From positions 1 through 48,153 of the forward strand of contig CALISP010000015.1 of assembly GCA_938041705.1 (NCBI GenBank): a stretch of 48,153 bases of DNA, given 5' to 3'. The notes beneath the pieces are model-generated. The model worked only from the letters and a program-made list of their open reading frames with translations. It was not told where the DNA came from and did not search any database. Both the position numbers and the translations under genes were made by a program. Each line of letters begins with the position of its first letter. Positions within the stretch are counted from its first letter, which is position 1. Positions 10,635 through 21,035 of this stretch are shown piece after piece. Source of the stretch: an uncultured Cocleimonas sp. Lineage in GTDB: Bacteria > Pseudomonadota > Gammaproteobacteria > Thiotrichales > Thiotrichaceae.

Positions 10635-10834
10635 AGATGATCTTCGTTTTAATCATCCTAGCTTTAATTTTATTGTGTGTTGCCATTGTTGTGTTTTTTT
10701 GGGCCGTCAAACAAAGACAATTTGATGATCTAGATGTCCATGCTTATAGTGTTTTAACGGAAGATAACTTTGAAAACATTAGCACTATTGATTGTCCAAA
10801 TACTGTCGAATCTACAAGCAAGACTCCTGAGTAG
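10631..10834 (+). CDS. ccoS: cbb3 oxidase maturation protein CcoS
   Basis: TM helix followed by FFWAVKQRQFDDLD. Confidence 0.92.
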   Translation: MKMIFVLIILALILLCVAIVVFFWAVKQRQFDDLDVHAYSVLTEDNFENISTIDCPNTVESTSKTPE

Positions 10835-10839
10835 ACACG

Positions 10840-11592
10840 TTGAGTTTATTAACACTGACATTCGCAGCATTCATCGCAGGCATCCTAGGTAGCATTCATT
10901 GTATAGGGATGTGTGGAGGAATAGCGTGTAGCGTGGGATATGTTAATGGTAATGAAAATAGAAGTAATAAGAATAAAAACAATGAATATCAAATAACCTT
11001 TGTTACAAAAATAACATCACCATTTTTAAATACATTGAAATTCAATTTTGGACGTATCCTAAGTTACTCCATTCTCGGTGCTCTTTTCGCCACTATTGGT
11101 CATCATATAATTCATCTTAGCGAATCACGCGCAATACTCAGTGTTTTTAGATACTTTTCAGCATTGTTGATAGCACTCATTGGGTTTAAGTATCTTTTTG
11201 ATTTAATGATTATCGATTATTTAGAAAAAGGTGGATATAGAGCTTGGTCATGGCTTAAACAAAAACTCAACATCAATCAATATCTCTCAAATTCAAGCAT
11301 GATCCCTCTGGGAATGGTTTGGGGCTTACTACCCTGTGGACTTATTTATACGATGCTAATCACTGCATCCTCAGCAGGAACGGTCTGGGGAGGATCTTTA
11401 ATTATGTTCGCGTTTGGCATGGGAACCCTGCCCGCCATGTTAAGCATCAGCTCAATAGCTAAAACATTGAAAGAAAGTGCTAATAATCAGTGGATGAAAA
11501 CCCTATTTGGAATTGCTCTATTATTGCTTGCCTTATTATTAGTCATTCTAGAAATTAATACTGCACCTAATGATATATGTCATAGCGTATGA
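10840..11592 (+). CDS. DsbD_2/TauE-like membrane protein of cco clusters
   Basis: GS.HCIGMCGG, GLLPCGLIY, FGMGTLP motifs; TTG start. Confidence 0.88.
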   Translation: MSLLTLTFAAFIAGILGSIHCIGMCGGIACSVGYVNGNENRSNKNKNNEYQITFVTKITSPFLNTLKFNFGRILSYSILGALFATIGHHIIHLSESRAILSVFRYFSALLIALIGFKYLFDLMIIDYLEKGGYRAWSWLKQKLNINQYLSNSSMIPLGMVWGLLPCGLIYTMLITASSAGTVWGGSLIMFAFGMGTLPAMLSISSIAKTLKESANNQWMKTLFGIALLLLALLLVILEINTAPNDICHSV

Positions 11593-11596
11593 CAAT

Positions 11597-11626
11597 AAAG
11601 ACACCCCCTACTTTTAGGCTGTTTTT
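11597..11626 (+). repeat. GACACC-repeat core copy
   Basis: AAAGACACCCCCTACTTTTAGGCTGTTTT, 4 nt after a stop codon; possible degenerate second copy at 11698-11718. Confidence 0.85.
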
Positions 11627-11842
11627 GTATAACGATACTCAAAGCTATTATTATTTAGACTGCAATTATTTGGAAGAGAAGACAGTATTAATAATTAGAT
11701 AACACCCTCTATATTTATAAAGACATCAAAATTCGCAAACTATTTTGTGAAGCTTTGTAGGAAAAAAGGCTAATTTATACTATCTTAAATTATACAAACG
11801 TTTTAAAGCACACTGTTTATCCTCTAAATTAAGAAGGTTCTA

Positions 11843-12271
11843 ATGAATACTGTAAGTACGATACTCAAAACGAAAGGTAATATTATTTTCACTGCATCGT
11901 CTGATACACAGGTTATGGAAGCCTTGAGAATGATGGACGAAAAAGGTATTGGTGCATTAATTATTTTTGAAGATGATGAAATAAAAGGTCTTTTTACGGA
12001 AGGCGATTATATTCGTCGGGTATTACTCGAAGGCTTAGATATCAATAAAACCCTAGTCGATGATGTTATGACGAAAGATGTACTAACAATCGACCCCAAA
12101 AAAACCGTAAACGAAACGATGCAACTAATGATAGATAAAGATATTCGTTATTTACCCGTATTAGAAGATGGCGCACTGCTTGGAGTTATTTCAGTGGGCG
12201 ACTGTATTAAAAAGGTCATTGCTGAACAAGAAGAGCTTATCGGACACCTTGAGCATTATATTCAGGGTTAA
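11843..12271 (+). CDS. CBS domain-containing protein
   Basis: Tandem CBS pair (IGALII..GLFTEGD; IRYLPV..GVISVGD). Confidence 0.9.
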   Translation: MNTVSTILKTKGNIIFTASSDTQVMEALRMMDEKGIGALIIFEDDEIKGLFTEGDYIRRVLLEGLDINKTLVDDVMTKDVLTIDPKKTVNETMQLMIDKDIRYLPVLEDGALLGVISVGDCIKKVIAEQEELIGHLEHYIQG

Positions 12272-12310
12272 CATTACTTCCATTTACATTTCACAAGAGA
12301 TTGATTAGTA

Positions 12311-12856
12311 GTGAACGATAAGTTTAGTTATCAAGCTACCCTCCAAGGTCGGAATATTTCGTTACGTCCTCTTTTAAAGAGTGATTTTGATGAACTGTTT
12401 TCTTGTGCTTCAGATAAGCAAATTTGGGCAGGTCATCCCCATCCTACTAGATACAAACTATCTGAATTTCGTACTTACTTTCAAACGGCAATGGATTCCA
12501 ATAACTGTCTCGTCATAACCGACAATAATTCAGGAAATATTATTGGCTCAAGTAGATATTACGTATCAAAAACAATTCCTGATGATATTTCAATTGGTTT
12601 CACCTTTCTTGTTAGAAAATATTGGGGTGGAAAAACCAATCTCGAACTTAAAGAAATAATGCTTGATTATGCTTTTAAGAATTTTAATACTGTCTGGTTT
12701 CATGTTGGAGCTAAAAATATCAGATCTCAAAAAGCAACGCTTAAAATAGGTTCCATTTTCAGTCATGAAGAGACTTTGGATATCTCTGGTAAAAATGAGT
12801 CTTGGTTTTGTTATAAAATTAATAAGGAACAATGGCTCACATTACATAATACTTAA
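12311..12856 (+). CDS. GNAT family N-acetyltransferase (RimJ/RimL-like)
   Basis: IIGSSRY, IGFTFL.R.YWG, N.RSQKA..KIG. Confidence 0.85.
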   Translation: MNDKFSYQATLQGRNISLRPLLKSDFDELFSCASDKQIWAGHPHPTRYKLSEFRTYFQTAMDSNNCLVITDNNSGNIIGSSRYYVSKTIPDDISIGFTFLVRKYWGGKTNLELKEIMLDYAFKNFNTVWFHVGAKNIRSQKATLKIGSIFSHEETLDISGKNESWFCYKINKEQWLTLHNT

Positions 12857-12864
12857 CAGTAAAT

Positions 12865-13018
12865 AAGACACCCCCCTACTTTTAACTATTATCTATGCGA
12901 CTTCACCTTCCCTTCCGCTTAGTATTTAAAGAACAATACTTTTGTCTCGATGAAGCTCAGTTCTATTTTGTTGTTTAAAAACATAACGAGAACTAATCCA
13001 GGCCTCGGTGGTATTCAA
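12865..13018 (+). repeat. GACACC-repeat element, long form
   Basis: Core 12865-12884; body aligns end to end with 26066-26219; tail module repeated at 13043-13072. Confidence 0.75.
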
Positions 13019-13149
13019 TCTATGTATTGTAGATATGTTCATAGAACTAAGGTAAAGCTAGGTTGTTTTCAACAGCAGACTTCCCAATACAGTAACAAAT
13101 CTGTAATATTTGCGGTTTTATACAATCAATAATATAACTGAGTAATACT

Positions 13150-13869
13150 ATGGGTCGAGCATACCAAAACCGTAAAGATTCAATGGCTAAAACGTCTGAT
13201 ATGAAGGCTAAGATATATAGCCGTTATGGACGTGAAATATATGTCTCGGCTAAATCTGGAGGCTCAGACCCAGATGGAAACTTAAGTTTACGAGCTTTAA
13301 TTGATCGTGCTAAAAAAGATCAAGTTCCTACTCATGTTATCGACAAAGCAATTGAAAAGTCACAAGGTGTTGGTGGTGAAGATTTTGCCCCTGCATTATA
13401 TGAAGGTTTTGGTCCTGCAGGAAGCATGGTATTAGTTGAATGTTTGACTGATAACCCAAATAGAACCTTCGGTGATGTTCGTCAATGTTTTACTAAATCA
13501 AAATGTAAATTGGGAACACCTGGTACGGTAAATCACTTATTTGATCACTCAGCTATCTTTGTATTTAAAGGCTCTGATGAAGAATCAGTTTTAGATGCTT
13601 TGATGGAAGCTGATGTTGATGTTTCGGATATTGAAGATGAAGATGGCATGATTTCAGTGTTCACCCCAAATACAGAATACTTTAAAGCTAAAACAGCCCT
13701 TTGGGAGTTACTCGGTAAAGACTTTGAATTTGAAGTAGATGAAATTCAATACCTCGCACAAAACTCTGCTCCATTAGCGGGTGAAGACCTTGAACAATTT
13801 GAGAAGCTACTTGAACTGTTAGATGATAATGATGATGTTCAGAATGTTTACCACAGTGTTGATATGTAA
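13150..13869 (+). CDS. YebC/PmpR family protein (YeeN-like)
   Basis: [30 protein letters not shown]. Confidence 0.93.
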   Translation: MGRAYQNRKDSMAKTSDMKAKIYSRYGREIYVSAKSGGSDPDGNLSLRALIDRAKKDQVPTHVIDKAIEKSQGVGGEDFAPALYEGFGPAGSMVLVECLTDNPNRTFGDVRQCFTKSKCKLGTPGTVNHLFDHSAIFVFKGSDEESVLDALMEADVDVSDIEDEDGMISVFTPNTEYFKAKTALWELLGKDFEFEVDEIQYLAQNSAPLAGEDLEQFEKLLELLDDNDDVQNVYHSVDM

Positions 13870-13893
13870 ATATTTTTAGTATTAGTGGTATGA

Positions 13894-13930
13894 AAAATAA
13901 AAAAGCAGCTTAAAGCTGCTTTTTTATTTT
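13894..13930. terminator. Bidirectional intrinsic terminator
   Basis: AAAATAAAAAAGCAGCT-TAA-AGCTGCTTTTTTATTTT between convergent genes. Confidence 0.85.
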
Positions 13931-13962
13931 CCAAAACTTATGAATACATTCACTTAAATATT

Positions 13963-14694
13963 TTACTTCGATAAGCGATTAACCCAAAAAGAAGCACCAC
14001 CAGCTACGCCGACGGGCATAACAAAGAAGTTAACTATTGGTATCATCATAAGAACCGTTAAAACGCCTCCAAAGCCTAAAGCAGCAGAGCGATGCTTGCG
14101 AAGAATAGAAAGTTCATCTTTAACAAATAACTGATGATTACCCATAGAGAAATCTGTGTATTGGAGTGATAACATCCAAGCACCATAAACAGCCCAAGCA
14201 AATGGAGCGATAAAATTCACACCAGGTATCACAGTAATTATAAGTAAAATCGGCAGCCATTTTAATGAGTACATAGCTTTACTCACTTCACTTCCAACTG
14301 CTTTTCCAGCATTCCTTAAATTTTCTTTTATTCCTTTAAATTCAGGAATATCTTGTCCATTTAGTTTTTGCTCAACTCTCTCTGCCAATAATGAATTAAA
14401 AGGTGATGCAATGAGATTGGCGATTAAAGTAAAACTGTAAAAAACAGCAATTAAAATTAACACAGAAAATATCGGCCATAATAACCATTCAACCCATGAC
14501 AACCAATTGGGCAACCATCCCAACATCTTCGCCATAAAAGTTTCAAATTGTGATTTAGCCAACCAAATACCTAAACTAAATACGCCTATATTGACTAGTA
14601 AAGGGATAACTACAAAAGGCCGTATACCTTTTTGTGTAATGAGAGAAAAGCCACTGAAGGCGTAACCAATACCCTTAAAAAAACCTGTAAACAT
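13963..14694 (-). CDS. cysZ: Sulfate transporter CysZ (EI24 family)
   Basis: IRPFVVIPLLVN, ANLIASPFNSLLAERVE, IPIVNFFVMPVGVAG. Confidence 0.88.
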   Translation of the reverse strand: MFTGFFKGIGYAFSGFSLITQKGIRPFVVIPLLVNIGVFSLGIWLAKSQFETFMAKMLGWLPNWLSWVEWLLWPIFSVLILIAVFYSFTLIANLIASPFNSLLAERVEQKLNGQDIPEFKGIKENLRNAGKAVGSEVSKAMYSLKWLPILLIITVIPGVNFIAPFAWAVYGAWMLSLQYTDFSMGNHQLFVKDELSILRKHRSAALGFGGVLTVLMMIPIVNFFVMPVGVAGGASFWVNRLSK

Positions 14695-14749
14695 ACCGAA
14701 AACCCTGCTTCTTTTATTTTACGAAGCACACAGTATCACTTAAAGGAAA

Positions 14750-15052
14750 TCATTCAAACTGAAGCTGTTTAATAATTAATATACGTGCTTCACCGATAGA
14801 ATATATTTTATGTTCGGTACCTTCATTCCCAAAAAAAACATCACCTGAATTTAGCTTAATGATTATAACTTGATGCTCTTTTCTATAATGCATATTGACC
14901 ATCCCATTAAGTACTGCAAAAATCTCATCATCATTATCGTGCCAATGACAGGATTCATTAGTGATGAATAGATCTACGGATCTGACATTGATAGTAGATG
15001 AATATAAGTCATGCCAGATTTTAGATAACTTGTTACTGTTTATTTTTCGCAT
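14750..15052 (-). CDS. Cupin domain protein, divergent paralogue of 15397-15732
   Basis: WH.NDDEIFAVLNG.VNMHY...GD.F...GTEH; collinear with the neighbouring cupin. Confidence 0.65.
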   Translation of the reverse strand: MRKINSNKLSKIWHDLYSSTINVRSVDLFITNESCHWHDNDDEIFAVLNGMVNMHYRKEHQVIIIKLNSGDVFFGNEGTEHKIYSIGEARILIIKQLQFE

Positions 15053-15396
15053 ATGTTCACAAGCTATTAAAGCTAAAAAGATACACTGGTATTACTTTAT
15101 CTTTTAAGGTTCTCGGCATCGGCAACATCATGTCATTTATAGTTTTCATCATAAATACCTAAAGCGTTAATTTAAGGACGAACTTATTCATTCTTAATAT
15201 TCGTTTTGATAAAAATGTCCATAGCAAAACGGAATTTTTTTATTTTAATTTTTTAACTACTTACTTATTGCATTAAATAAAACGGTAAAGATGTTATTGG
15301 TCTATCATTTATTCATAGACCATACACTAATTAAGCACTAGATGGGTTTCTATATAAATTGTCTGCTTGACTAACCTACTGCAATTGTTAGTTGTA

Positions 15397-15732
15397 TCAT
15401 TCACTACCCGCTTTTTCTATGACTAAAATGCGTGCTGCGCCAACAGGATGAGCCACATGTTCTGTCCCTATTCCCGCGTAAAAGATGTCACCCGTATTTA
15501 GTTCAGCTGTTCGTGTTTCGTCATTTTCCTTGTAATGCATGTTGACCACACCATCAAGAACAGCAAACACTTCATCTCCATCATTAATGTGCCATTTGTA
15601 GGGCTTATCTGTCCAATGCAATCGGATACTAGTGCCATTCATATTGGCTATATCAAGAGCAGCCCATGCTTTATCAGCAGTGAAATCCTTACTCTTGATT
15701 ATCTTGTGATTAGGCTGATTGTTGTTAGTCAT
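15397..15732 (-). CDS. Cupin domain protein
   Basis: WHINDGDEVFAVLDG and GTEHVAHP cupin motifs. Confidence 0.88.
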   Translation of the reverse strand: MTNNNQPNHKIIKSKDFTADKAWAALDIANMNGTSIRLHWTDKPYKWHINDGDEVFAVLDGVVNMHYKENDETRTAELNTGDIFYAGIGTEHVAHPVGAARILVIEKAGSE

Positions 15733-15744
15733 AAGCTGTAAATT

Positions 15745-16069
15745 TTACTTTCCTTTTAAACTAGAATAATACGCTGATATATCTGTAATATCCTCGCCTG
15801 TTAAACCTGATGCCATTGGTGACATCATGGAGTTTTCACGATCTTCATTACGATATGCTTTAAGAGCAATCTCTAAATATTCCGCATGTTGACCTGCTAG
15901 ATTTGGAAACATACCTGCCCCACTTATACCTTCCATATCATGACAACCAGCGCAACTTGTCGTCTTTTCTTTGCCCGCTGCTGCATCAGCCGCTATTACT
16001 GGTATTTGTTGTTATCGTAACGATAGTTAAAACTAGAATAGAGTTAAACGTTAATAGTGCTTTTTTCAT
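15745..16069 (-). pseudogene. Monoheme cytochrome c (c553/c4-like) with +1 frameshift
   Basis: Signal peptide MKKALLTF... from ATG 16069 is out of frame with AADAAAGKEKTTSCAGCH...PNLAGQ...MMSPMA; span is 325 nt (3n+1); shift near 16005-16007. Confidence 0.8.
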
Positions 16070-16174
16070 TATAAATCTCTGTGTAAAATTTAATTATTTA
16101 AGCAAAAATTTGCTTTCCAAATTCATCAAACACGTCTTTAGAAGAAAAAGTCCTTAGCTTTAATAATTTAATCC

Positions 16175-16423
16175 TTAACTTATAGGTTTCTCTAAAACAT
16201 ATATGGATTCTTTTAACTCATCCACTCGACTGTCTAACATTTCTAAAGCGTCTCGAATACCACGGTTATAAAAATACGCACCTACTTCTTCCGAGAAAAA
16301 ATCTAATAAAAACTCAGCATCAAAGTTACCGATTTCTTGATCCAGTTCTTCTTTTAAATACATTTTAATCTTTGGAACTAATAGCTCTTTTTCTTCTTTG
16401 CTAAACACTATTGGTGATGTCAT
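16175..16423 (-). CDS. DUF2164 family protein
   Basis: EELDQEIGNFDAEFLLDFF...YNRG..DA pattern. Confidence 0.8.
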   Translation of the reverse strand: MTSPIVFSKEEKELLVPKIKMYLKEELDQEIGNFDAEFLLDFFSEEVGAYFYNRGIRDALEMLDSRVDELKESIYVLEKPIS

Positions 16424-16449
16424 AACTGCCTTCTAATATAAAGTGCCAT

Positions 16450-16469
16450 AAAGTGGGGGTGGGGTGTTA
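16450..16469 (-). repeat. GACACC-repeat core copy (variant)
   Basis: Minus strand TAACACCCCACCCCCACTTT, overlapping the stop codon of the DUF1272 gene. Confidence 0.65.
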
Positions 16470-16703
16470 TTTATTGACTGGTTTAAATACAATGTCAGTA
16501 CTTGCAGGGTAATCCATTAGTTTTCCAACAGGCCTAATAGGTCGTGAAACAAAATTTCCACCACAGTTTGGACAGACACCTTTAAGCACATTATCGACAC
16601 AGTCTTTACAAAAGGAACATTCGAAAGTACAAATCATTGCTTCAGTAGATTCAGGGGGTAATAATTTATTACAGTTTTCACAACTAGGTTTTAAAACTAG
16701 CAT
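16467..16703 (-). CDS. DUF1272 family Cys-rich protein
   Basis: L.P.CE.C...LP....A.IC.FEC.FC..C......CPNCGG.F..RP.RP. Confidence 0.88.
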   Translation of the reverse strand: MLVLKPSCENCNKLLPPESTEAMICTFECSFCKDCVDNVLKGVCPNCGGNFVSRPIRPVGKLMDYPASTDIVFKPVNK

Positions 16704-16788
16704 TTATCTCTCCTTTCTTTAATTAAAGACGTTAATAAATTTCTGATAACGTAATTGATAAAATATTAATTTACTCTTTTGATAAGAG

Positions 16789-17682
16789 CTATTTACGTTC
16801 TAATTTTGGTTTATAAAAAACGATAATATTACCAATAAGTGCTAACACTAAACCCACGATAGCCAATGGTGTGAAAACATAACCTTCAACTATGGTTGAT
16901 ATACTCAAAGCTACAATGGGAAATAATACCGTCGCATAAGCCGTTTTATTTGCGCCAATACTGGCAATTAAACTGAGGTAGGCAGCAAACGCAATAATAC
17001 TTCCAGGCACAATAAGATAGGCTAAAGACCATAGATATTTAGGATTATTATCGAAACTAAAGTCACCCACAAATATCAGATTAACTATAAACATTAGGAG
17101 TGCCCCATATAGCATTCCCCATGCTGTAGCCGTTGCTAAAGGGAGCTTATGTTTATTGTGTCGTACCGTAAGCATATTGCCTGAGGAAAACAAATAGGTG
17201 CCTATAATTGCTAAGGCCACTCCAAGTAAGCGCGAGTCTGATTCGTTCGTTAAAGCGTCACTAAAATCCTTGTAAAACAATATAGTAATACCTAAAACTC
17301 CTATGATAGCGCCTATTACTGTATTTCTACTGGGTACTACTTTATGCCAAAGTCGATTATTTATGACATTAAAAATAGTCGCCATGGAAAATATCACCGA
17401 CAACAAACCACTTTCTACTCCTAGATCACTTGCGATATAGAAAAAATAAAAGTTAAAACAGAATAAACATGCGCCTTGAAATAGACAAAATAAGTGATCT
17501 ATTGGTCTTATCGGGTGTAATCGCTTTGTCAAAAGCAAAAACGCAAACATCAAAATTGCAGCTCCAAAAAAGCGATAAAATACTGAGTTTTCAACAGGAA
17601 CTACACCTGTCTGAAATTTAATCGCAATCCAAGTTGTTCCCCATACAAACACAATGAGTATGTAGAAAAGAGCATTTTTCAT
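16789..17682 (-). CDS. DMT/EamA family transporter
   Basis: About 10 TM helices, VWGTTWIAIK, YL...GS..AF..Y. Confidence 0.9.
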   Translation of the reverse strand: MKNALFYILIVFVWGTTWIAIKFQTGVVPVENSVFYRFFGAAILMFAFLLLTKRLHPIRPIDHLFCLFQGACLFCFNFYFFYIASDLGVESGLLSVIFSMATIFNVINNRLWHKVVPSRNTVIGAIIGVLGITILFYKDFSDALTNESDSRLLGVALAIIGTYLFSSGNMLTVRHNKHKLPLATATAWGMLYGALLMFIVNLIFVGDFSFDNNPKYLWSLAYLIVPGSIIAFAAYLSLIASIGANKTAYATVLFPIVALSISTIVEGYVFTPLAIVGLVLALIGNIIVFYKPKLERK

Positions 17683-17850
17683 TTATTGTTTCTCATATTT
17701 TGATGTGCATTAAACCCAGTGTGACAGTGTAATCTTCATTGATCGTACATTATTCTAATATTGTTCTAATGTCGTTTTTATATTGTCATTTTATAAGGTA
17801 TTTAAAATCGCACAATTGGCTTAAAAGCCATATTGAGTTAATATCAAGCC

Positions 17851-18834
17851 ATGAGTCAAAATAAACATCAGATCAAAAAGGTAGCGATTTTAGCTTATCC
17901 CGAACTTTGTACTTTTGAATTTGGTTGTGCGATAGAAATGTTTGCATTAGAACGATTAGAAATTCCAATATGTTTTTCAACAGATGTTATTGCTACCCAG
18001 GCAGCACCTTTAAAAGCATTGGGAGGTTTTTTAATACAAACTGACCAGGTTTTTTCAGCTACACCAAACGATGATTTTTTTAAACATTACGATATGGTAG
18101 TCATTGGAGGTTGGACTGGTAACAATGTTCAAGCATCAGAAGACCTACTAGAAGCTTTACGCCACTTTTATAAGTCTGGTGGAACATTGGTAGCTTTTTG
18201 TGGAGGTGCTTTTGTTCTAGCGCAAACTGGCTTGTTAGACGATAAAACAGCGACAACACATTGGATGTATGGAGAAGAATTTAAACGACAATTCCCACAA
18301 ATCCAATTTCAAGAAAATGTTTTATACACTGAAGAAAATAGAATCTATACCTCAGCAGGAAGCGCTGCTGCTTTAGACTTAGGTTTACATCTTATCCGTA
18401 AATATTTTGGTGCTGCCATAGCTAATCAAATTGCAAAGCGATTAGTCATTTCTCCACAACGCGAAGGTGGTCAAGCGCAATATGCATCTGCAATATCAAA
18501 TCCAGATAAACCCAATCATCTAAATAAAAGTATCCAATGGGCAAATGACAATATAGACAAACCTATATCAATCAATGATATGGCTGAAAAAGCCTGTTTA
18601 TCACGTCGAAGTTTTGATAGACATTTTCGCAGTAGTTTAGGAAAAAGCCCTAAAGAATGGTTAATTCAACAACGTATTAATCTGGCGCGTGAGTTTCTAG
18701 AAAGTTCACATGTTGATATGGAACAAATAGCAATGAAGACGGGCTTTGGTTCTGCGATGAATCTTCGTCATCACTTCAGTCAAGTTTTAGGAGTATCACC
18801 CACTCATTATCGTAATCAATTCATACAGAACTAA
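17851..18834 (+). CDS. GlxA/FtrA-type AraC regulator (DJ-1 domain plus HTH)
   Basis: CGGAFVLA..GLLD...ATTHW, TSAG.AA..DL, R.GGQAQY, C-terminal double HTH; divergent from the DMT gene. Confidence 0.9.
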   Translation: MSQNKHQIKKVAILAYPELCTFEFGCAIEMFALERLEIPICFSTDVIATQAAPLKALGGFLIQTDQVFSATPNDDFFKHYDMVVIGGWTGNNVQASEDLLEALRHFYKSGGTLVAFCGGAFVLAQTGLLDDKTATTHWMYGEEFKRQFPQIQFQENVLYTEENRIYTSAGSAAALDLGLHLIRKYFGAAIANQIAKRLVISPQREGGQAQYASAISNPDKPNHLNKSIQWANDNIDKPISINDMAEKACLSRRSFDRHFRSSLGKSPKEWLIQQRINLAREFLESSHVDMEQIAMKTGFGSAMNLRHHFSQVLGVSPTHYRNQFIQN

Positions 18835-18844
18835 TTGTATTTTT

Positions 18845-18862
18845 AACACCCCCCCACTTTTT
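18845..18862 (+). repeat. GACACC-repeat core copy
   Basis: AACACCCCCCCACTTTTT, 10 nt after a stop codon. Confidence 0.7.
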
Positions 18863-18916
18863 ATATATTTCTCATATGTTTAACAAGTTAGACTCAATAG
18901 AAGTAGAGGTAGTAAT

Positions 18917-19555
18917 ATGAAAGCAAGCTTTTGGCATCAACGATGGGAATTAGGCGAAATCGCCTTTCATGAACAAGAAGCGAATCACCTACTTGTTCAT
19001 CACTTAGGTAAGTTAAATCTAGTAAAAGGGTCACGAATATTTCTCCCCTTGTGCGGAAAAACTACGGATATTGCTTACTTAATGAGCCATGGTTATTGTG
19101 TAACTGGTGTGGAATTAAGTGAAATTGCTATTCAAGAGCTATTCCATAACCTTGAGATTATTCCAACTATTTCAGTGATAAACCAACTAAAGCATTATCA
19201 CGCTGAAGGAATTGATATTTTTGTAGGGGACTTTTTTGATTTAAACGAGAATATTCTTGGAAAAACTGATGCCATTTACGACCGTGCAGCATTGGTAGCT
19301 CTGCCTTTAGAAATGCGAAAGTCGTATACACAACATTTAACTAAAATCACCAATAATGCTGCTCAGCTATTGATTTGTTTTGAATATAATCAAGCCATAA
19401 TGGATGGCCCTCCTTTTTCAATTAGTCCTGATGAGATAAGACAACACTATGAAAATATTTATTCAATAGATAGTGTTGAGAAAAAAGAAATTATCGGAGG
19501 ATTAAAAAAGAAAGCGGAAGCCAAAGAATGTGCGTGGGTTTTAAACACTCATTAA
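18917..19555 (+). CDS. tpm: Thiopurine S-methyltransferase
   Basis: FW..RW....I.FH, PLCGK, GVELS, YDRAALVALP, GPPFS. Confidence 0.92.
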   Translation: MKASFWHQRWELGEIAFHEQEANHLLVHHLGKLNLVKGSRIFLPLCGKTTDIAYLMSHGYCVTGVELSEIAIQELFHNLEIIPTISVINQLKHYHAEGIDIFVGDFFDLNENILGKTDAIYDRAALVALPLEMRKSYTQHLTKITNNAAQLLICFEYNQAIMDGPPFSISPDEIRQHYENIYSIDSVEKKEIIGGLKKKAEAKECAWVLNTH

Positions 19556-19578
19556 ACAAGAGTGAGTCAGATATTAAT

Positions 19579-20922
19579 TTAAATACTAGGCCCAATATCT
19601 AAACGGCTTCCATCGTTGAATCTTGAGAAACGAAAACGCTTAAGATCGTGCTCACTTTTCTCATTACAAGCTATTTGCGAAACAATTCTGCCAAATGCTG
19701 GGCCGATTCCGAAGCCATGACCACTCATTCCTGTCGCTACAATTAAACCTTCTAATGAAGGAGCTCTATCAACAATCGGTAGCATATCAGGCATTGCGTC
19801 AATCATCCCTGCCCATGCATTGAGTATTTTAGGCTCCCCTATTTGTGGAAACCTTTCAGCAAAGCGCTGTTGCATAACTTTAATTTTTTTAACAGGAGGT
19901 GTTGGATCCAGTACCCGCATTTTTTCAAAAGGAGATATTTCATTAGATTGCCACTTTCGTTGGGTATTCCAAGCATCAGGGGAGTCTTTAATTTGTGACA
20001 ACATTAGTTTTAATTCGTGTCGACTTTGGAATCCAGTTTTTAACCATTTTGACAATAAGCGAAAAGAATCAGGCCCAATGAAATGTTCTTCAAAGTCGGT
20101 TAACGCCAATGTATAACCACCATCATTCCGACGTCTATACGCTAAACCTTCATCAGCAGTATTGTTTATTGCTACTTCAGCCATAGGTGCCGTTCTGGCG
20201 ACACTTGCCCTTACAGAAAGTTGTGGAATACTAATGCCATGTTTGCGTAAGAATAACGATGACCAAGCACCACCCGTAAGTACGACTTGCGAAGCTTTTA
20301 TGTTGCCAGCTTCTGTCACAACGCCCGTTATCTGACCTGCTTGAATATCTAATTCGCGAACTGCGCAGTCTTCACGAATAATGACACCTTCACTATGCGC
20401 TAATTCAGCTACAGCAGGAACCGCTTGCCATGGTTCTGCTCTGGCATCGCTCGAGGTATAAACACCACCGTACCAAAAATCTTGTTTAGAAGAATCACGT
20501 TGAAGATGTTTACTTAGCTTATCTTTAGAAACCGCAATTGTATTTAGACCATGATCATTAGCAGTTTGGATCCACGCTTCGCATTGTTCTTGGGCCGATT
20601 CGGTTTGTGATAGATACATAACACCTTGGCGCGTAAATCCTGTTCGTCCTTTTACTTCTTTATCAAAAGATTCCCAGAGTTGACTGGCTTCCATCATGAT
20701 TGGTAATTCAGCAGGATCGCGACCATGTTGTCGAATCCATCCCCAATTTCGTGATGATTGCTCGCCTGCTATGCGTCCTTTTTCTAGAACAACCACCTTG
20801 AGACCTTTGCGACTCATATTAAGTGCAGCAAAGACACCATTGACACCACCACCAATGATTACAACATCAACCTCATCAGGTAGGTCGTCATTGAATTTTA
20901 TGGGCGTGTGTATGGAAATCAT
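19579..20922 (-). CDS. FAD-dependent oxidoreductase (DadA/D-amino acid oxidase-like)
   Basis: IIGGG..G, GEQSSRNWGW.R, WAGMID..PD, GMSGHGFGIGP. Confidence 0.9.
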   Translation of the reverse strand: MISIHTPIKFNDDLPDEVDVVIIGGGVNGVFAALNMSRKGLKVVVLEKGRIAGEQSSRNWGWIRQHGRDPAELPIMMEASQLWESFDKEVKGRTGFTRQGVMYLSQTESAQEQCEAWIQTANDHGLNTIAVSKDKLSKHLQRDSSKQDFWYGGVYTSSDARAEPWQAVPAVAELAHSEGVIIREDCAVRELDIQAGQITGVVTEAGNIKASQVVLTGGAWSSLFLRKHGISIPQLSVRASVARTAPMAEVAINNTADEGLAYRRRNDGGYTLALTDFEEHFIGPDSFRLLSKWLKTGFQSRHELKLMLSQIKDSPDAWNTQRKWQSNEISPFEKMRVLDPTPPVKKIKVMQQRFAERFPQIGEPKILNAWAGMIDAMPDMLPIVDRAPSLEGLIVATGMSGHGFGIGPAFGRIVSQIACNEKSEHDLKRFRFSRFNDGSRLDIGPSI

Positions 20923-20944
20923 TAAACTGAGTATAACTAATATT

Positions 20945-21032
20945 AAAAGACACCCCCCTACTTTTAAGTGATATTACGTTTTAGCTTTTTTGAACGTAAA
21001 GAGAACTTATGCAGAGCTAGGAAATTTTCTAA
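20945..21032 (+). repeat. GACACC-repeat element, short form
   Basis: AAAAGACACCCCCCTACTTTTAAGTGATATTAC (identical to the 47434 copy), hairpin TTACGTT..AACGTAA, AGAACTTAT tail. Confidence 0.85.
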
Positions 21033-21035
21033 TGA

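Noticed and set aside
12865-12910. Group II intron domain V/VI remnant (CCCCTACTTT end; GGTGAAGTCGCA on the minus strand)
   Set aside because: The two resemblances lie on opposite strands, there is no complete domain V helix, and no RT ORF is present.
12950-13132. 60-aa ORF from the track
   Set aside because: It overlaps the repeat element body and the yebC-family promoter region, and shows no recognisable protein features.
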